DNA of 64,000 bases from Takakia lepidozioides (Eukaryota; Plantae; Bryophyta), in assembly GCA_030704615.1 (NCBI GenBank), contig CM060734.1:38378001-38442000 (forward strand). Reading direction: 5' to 3'. Within the stretch, counting starts at the first letter, position 1, and each line of letters starts with the position of its first letter. The notes beneath the pieces were generated by a model, which saw only the letters and a program-made list of their open reading frames with translations, was not told the origin of the DNA and did no database searches. Positions 60,422 to 64,000 of the stretch are shown piece by piece. Made by a program: the position numbers and the translations under genes.

Positions 60422-61146
60422 TGTCGCGCACCTCACTTCGGTAAGCTCCCCTTCAAGTCATAGTTACTCGCTTGATGCGCGCGCCTAACTCCCAAACTGG
60501 CCGCCGGGCCAACTCGGAGCTTCCGCTGCTCACCGGGGCATAACGGTCCCCCTTTACTCCTCCACTAGACCCTCTCCCAATTTGGGCCTAGTGGAAATTC
60601 CCTTTGGTCGATGGCAGTCCGGAATAGCTCCCCACACCTTGGTCGCTTTCCGGCTCGCACGCTTACTCACTAGTTTTTGGACACCAACGGGCTTGCACCG
60701 TTCTCGGGGTTACTACTCCATATATATACTTCTGTGACTGTCCGCGGGGGTTTCACAAACAACACCACCATTTTATGGCGAACCACCACGAAAACCCTCG
60801 ATTCCCGGTGATGAGTCGCGGTGAGTCTTGGCCCACCCACCACGGTCCCCTTGGACCGTGATGAGTCCCAAGACTCCCCACGACTCCCACCACAAGGTCT
60901 CCGCCCCCATGGTGAGTCCTATGCCACCCCCACTAAGTCCCACTAAGCTACCACCACCCCTTGTGGAGCCACCCCCACCGCAACCCGGTGTGCGGGGCTC
61001 CACCTAGTGAGTGCCTCCGCCTCCTTGAGTGCTTTGGGCACTCAAGGGTGCTTCAGCCCCCGCAACTAATGTTGCCACTGCCCCCACCACAGGGGCAGCC
61101 CCTCACATGTCCCGACCCCTTGCCCTCAAGGCAAAGGGGCGCGACA
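60422..61146. mobile_element. Solo LTR of an unrelated family, inserted in the PHD coding region
   Basis: TGTCGCGC...GCGCGACA ends with a 5-bp TSD ATGCC. Confidence 0.88.
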
Positions 61147-64000
61147 ATGCCCACATAGCATGCAACGCAACCCTGCAGGTACTGCTGCAAGGTTGGGATC
61201 TATCCTCCCATCCATATGTGAAAGGTGACATGGCGCACAATTGCGCACATGGTCCTTCCATACCATGCCATCTCGACCCTCCAGAATCAACACTCTTGAA
61301 GGCAACATTTTCCGGACCCTTGGAATCACACGACCTGCTGTGACATCCAAGCTCGTAGGCACTATCTGCTACAGTTACACATAGTCCCCAGGATGGAAAC
61401 GCCGAACACCTGGCCGATATCCCCCTCCACGTATAGTGGCGTACCTCAATGTGTCTCGGTGTTGGGCAATAGCAAGGTTCTCAAAAGCCATAGGTATGAC
61501 TCTCTTGAACAACTCTGCCCGCGGCAGATGCTTGTGTCCACACATCCAGATCATCAAGGTTGAGGACTGCTGAAGTCTCCCTGTGAATAGATGCAGGCAA
61601 ATCGCAGGCCAAAGAGAAGGAAATAAGGCGAGAACAAGGCAAGTGATGTTTGCTTGCTAAACCTATAGCCCATGGCCAACCAAGGTAGCTGAAGGTCCCA
61701 ATCTCCCAAGTGTCCCTTCTGCAAGCCATACTTGCACAAGCCTCGTTTGACTATTTGCACAACCCTCTCAACCAAGCCATCAGCCTCGGGATGATCCCGA
61801 GAAGTAGTGCGGTGATCTATCAAAGCTTGCTCACACAAAGCCTGAAACTCCCCCAAAAACTCTCTCCCCTGGTCCGTGAGTACCTCGGCTGGAGCACCAA
61901 ATTGGCTAAGCACTCGATCTAAGAATGCATACGCAGCCCCCTCACTTGCCTTGTCAGGCAATGCCACCAGTTCAATCCATTTGGAGAAATGTTCCACCAT
62001 CACCAGCACATACTTGTTATGGCAAATCGTCAGTGGCAATGGCCTGCGAAGTCAAGACTCCAACGATAGCCTAAACCTATAATGGGTAAAGGATGCAATT
62101 GTGGAGTAGGTGCATTGAAAGAAGCCCACACTCTATCACACACCATGCACCTTGTCACTAACTGTTGCACATCCATGTGCATGCCCCGCCACCAGTACTG
62201 TCCTTGCAGCAAACTATGAGTGCGCCGCACCCCAAAATGTCTCAACTCCTCATGGGCATGACGTACCAATCGTGCTCGTTGTGATGGATGAGGCACAATT
62301 CTCACTCGTCCACCTCCCATATTCGGAGTAGGTGAGTCCCCTCCAACTTGAACCTCTTGGCTCGTTGTAGGATCCGATCTCTCTCCTTAACAGTCACAGT
62401 GGCTGCTGTCTCTCCAGTACGAAGGTAGGCCAACACTGCTGCATCTTCATGTACATCCTTAGCACCACCAAGCTCTTCACTGATCTCTGGATCGTCATGC
62501 ACACTATCTCTATGACCAATCACATGGGATGGACCACCTTGAGCTCCCATTGCTAGAATGCATAAAAAGGCAGATGCGTGTCATCCTGGTACCATCTTCT
62601 TGTCCGTCTCACCATGCCAACGAGCTTCTGTATCATTAAGCTCACTTGTGCATGGATTGCGACTCAATCCATCCGCATCCCGGTTGACTATTCCGGCTCG
62701 ATGCACCACTTAGAAGTCATATTCTTGAAGCATAAGTGCCCACCGTGCAAGCTTCCCTGTAAGCTTGTCTGACTCCATCAACCACTTCAATGGTTGGTGA
62801 TCCGTAATAAGGGTGAAGAGATTGCCATAGAGGAGCATCTAAAATGTGTCACTGCCCATACTGCAGCTAGACACTCCCCTTCATAGGAACTATACTTTGC
62901 CTCGACATCATTGTTCGAGCGGCTAGCATATGCCACTACAAACTCTCTTCCCTCATCATCCACCTGTGTGAGCACTGCCCCAATCCCCAGCATACTCCAA
63001 TCCGTATGTAGCTGGAAAGACCGCCCCCGAATAGACCGCCTTAGAATAGGCGCAGAAGTCAATTGAGCCTTGAGTTCCTCAAAGGCTTCATCCTGCTCCT
63101 CTTCCCACTGCCACTCTTGACCCACCTTGGTCAGCTTGGTAAGAGCCTTTGCAATGCTGCTAAATCCCTTGACAAACCGTCGATAGTAGTTTGCCCACCC
63201 CATGAAAGCACGAACTCTGCTAACATCGATGGGGCGTGGAATGCGTGGAATGGCCTCCACCTTCGTCTTTTGAACATCTAATCCTCCAGGGTATATCATG
63301 TGGCCCAAATACTCAATCTGGTTGTGGAAGAACTTGCACTTCCCAGGGTGCAATTTCAACCCATGCGCTCTCAAGCGCTCAAACACCATCTGAAGGTGTC
63401 TCTCGTGCTCCTCAATCGTAGCACTAAAGATGATGATGTCATCAATGTAGCACCGGGCGAAGTCTAGCCCCGCAAGAATCCTATCCATGACCCTCTGAAA
63501 CTCTGTAGGAACATTCTTCAACCCAAACGGTAGGAACCGCCATTGGTACAAGCAATCCTTCCCATGTTGGTCAATCCCCCAGAATGTCGTCTTTTGCTTG
63601 TCAGCCTCTTTGATTGGCAACTGGTGGTAACCGGATCGCAAGTCAATGTGCTAAACACCTTTGCATGCCCAATGGCATCAAAGATCTCCTCTGGAGTTGG
63701 CATGGCATATCTATCGGACTTAGTCTGACGGTTCATAGGATGGTAGTCCCCACACATCCTCCTTTCTGTCCAATTGCCATAGATATCCTTCTGGCATCAC
63801 CATTGCCGAGGCATACTCCCCGCCTGACAACTCCACCAATCCAGCTTCGAACAACTCCATAGTCCGTGACTGGATCAAAGACCTTTCCATATCACTATAC
63901 CTGTAGGGCCTTCGAAAAATTGGCGTGTCACTTGCCAAATCAATACGAATCTCCTGGCCCTTCAAACTCCCCAAATCCTTCAAACCAAAGGCAAAGCAAT
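61147..64000 (-). pseudogene. Family A pol (RT, RNase H, integrase)
   Basis: ORFs 62787-63641, 62030-62320 and 61554-62039 carry the canonical motifs. Confidence 0.92.

Larger units (their letters stand above)
59494..64000 (-). mobile_element. Ty3/gypsy family A copy 3 (3' repeats, INT-PHD, RNase H, RT), runs off the window
   Basis: X 59494-59580, Y 59581-59947, X 59948-60030, PPT reverse complement CACCCCCTAG. Pol motifs YIDDIIIF, LPFGLKN, LHTDWS, TDQGREF. Confidence 0.92.

Overview
Eukaryotic, almost certainly seed-free land plant DNA (inferred from PLS-E-DYW PPR editing-factor relics, a Tcn1-like chromovirus and CACTA elements). I cannot identify an intact host gene. The window is a nest of transposons over decayed PPR genes. 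Two systems stand out. (1) Two divergent, fully bounded Mutator-like DNA transposons (6764-19442 and 41033-51513, each with a 10-bp TSD). Each pairs a GCM/WRKY-like + MULE-DDE + SWIM transposase with a divergently transcribed multi-exon gene fusing a ParB/Srx-like domain (DGNHR) to a beta-class N4C/N6A-type DNA methyltransferase fold. The introns of that gene carry family-specific arrays of CG-N4-CG palindromes. A third piece of the same gene sits inside a CACTA element. (2) A Ty3/gypsy lineage with integrase-PHD, a C5-cytosine methyltransferase N-terminus after the protease, 4-bp TSDs, and a permuted terminal-repeat layout (Y-internal-PPT-X-GC-Y-X). That layout is what a 2-LTR circle opened inside one LTR would look like. 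Also present: a Pack-CACTA carrying PPR and OSB-type PDF-motif exons, a solo LTR, SINE-like tRNA-derived repeats and a possible OB-fold SSB relic. Most ORFs carry stops or 1-bp indels, from decay and/or long-read assembly error. All domain calls are motif recognition by eye, not database searches.
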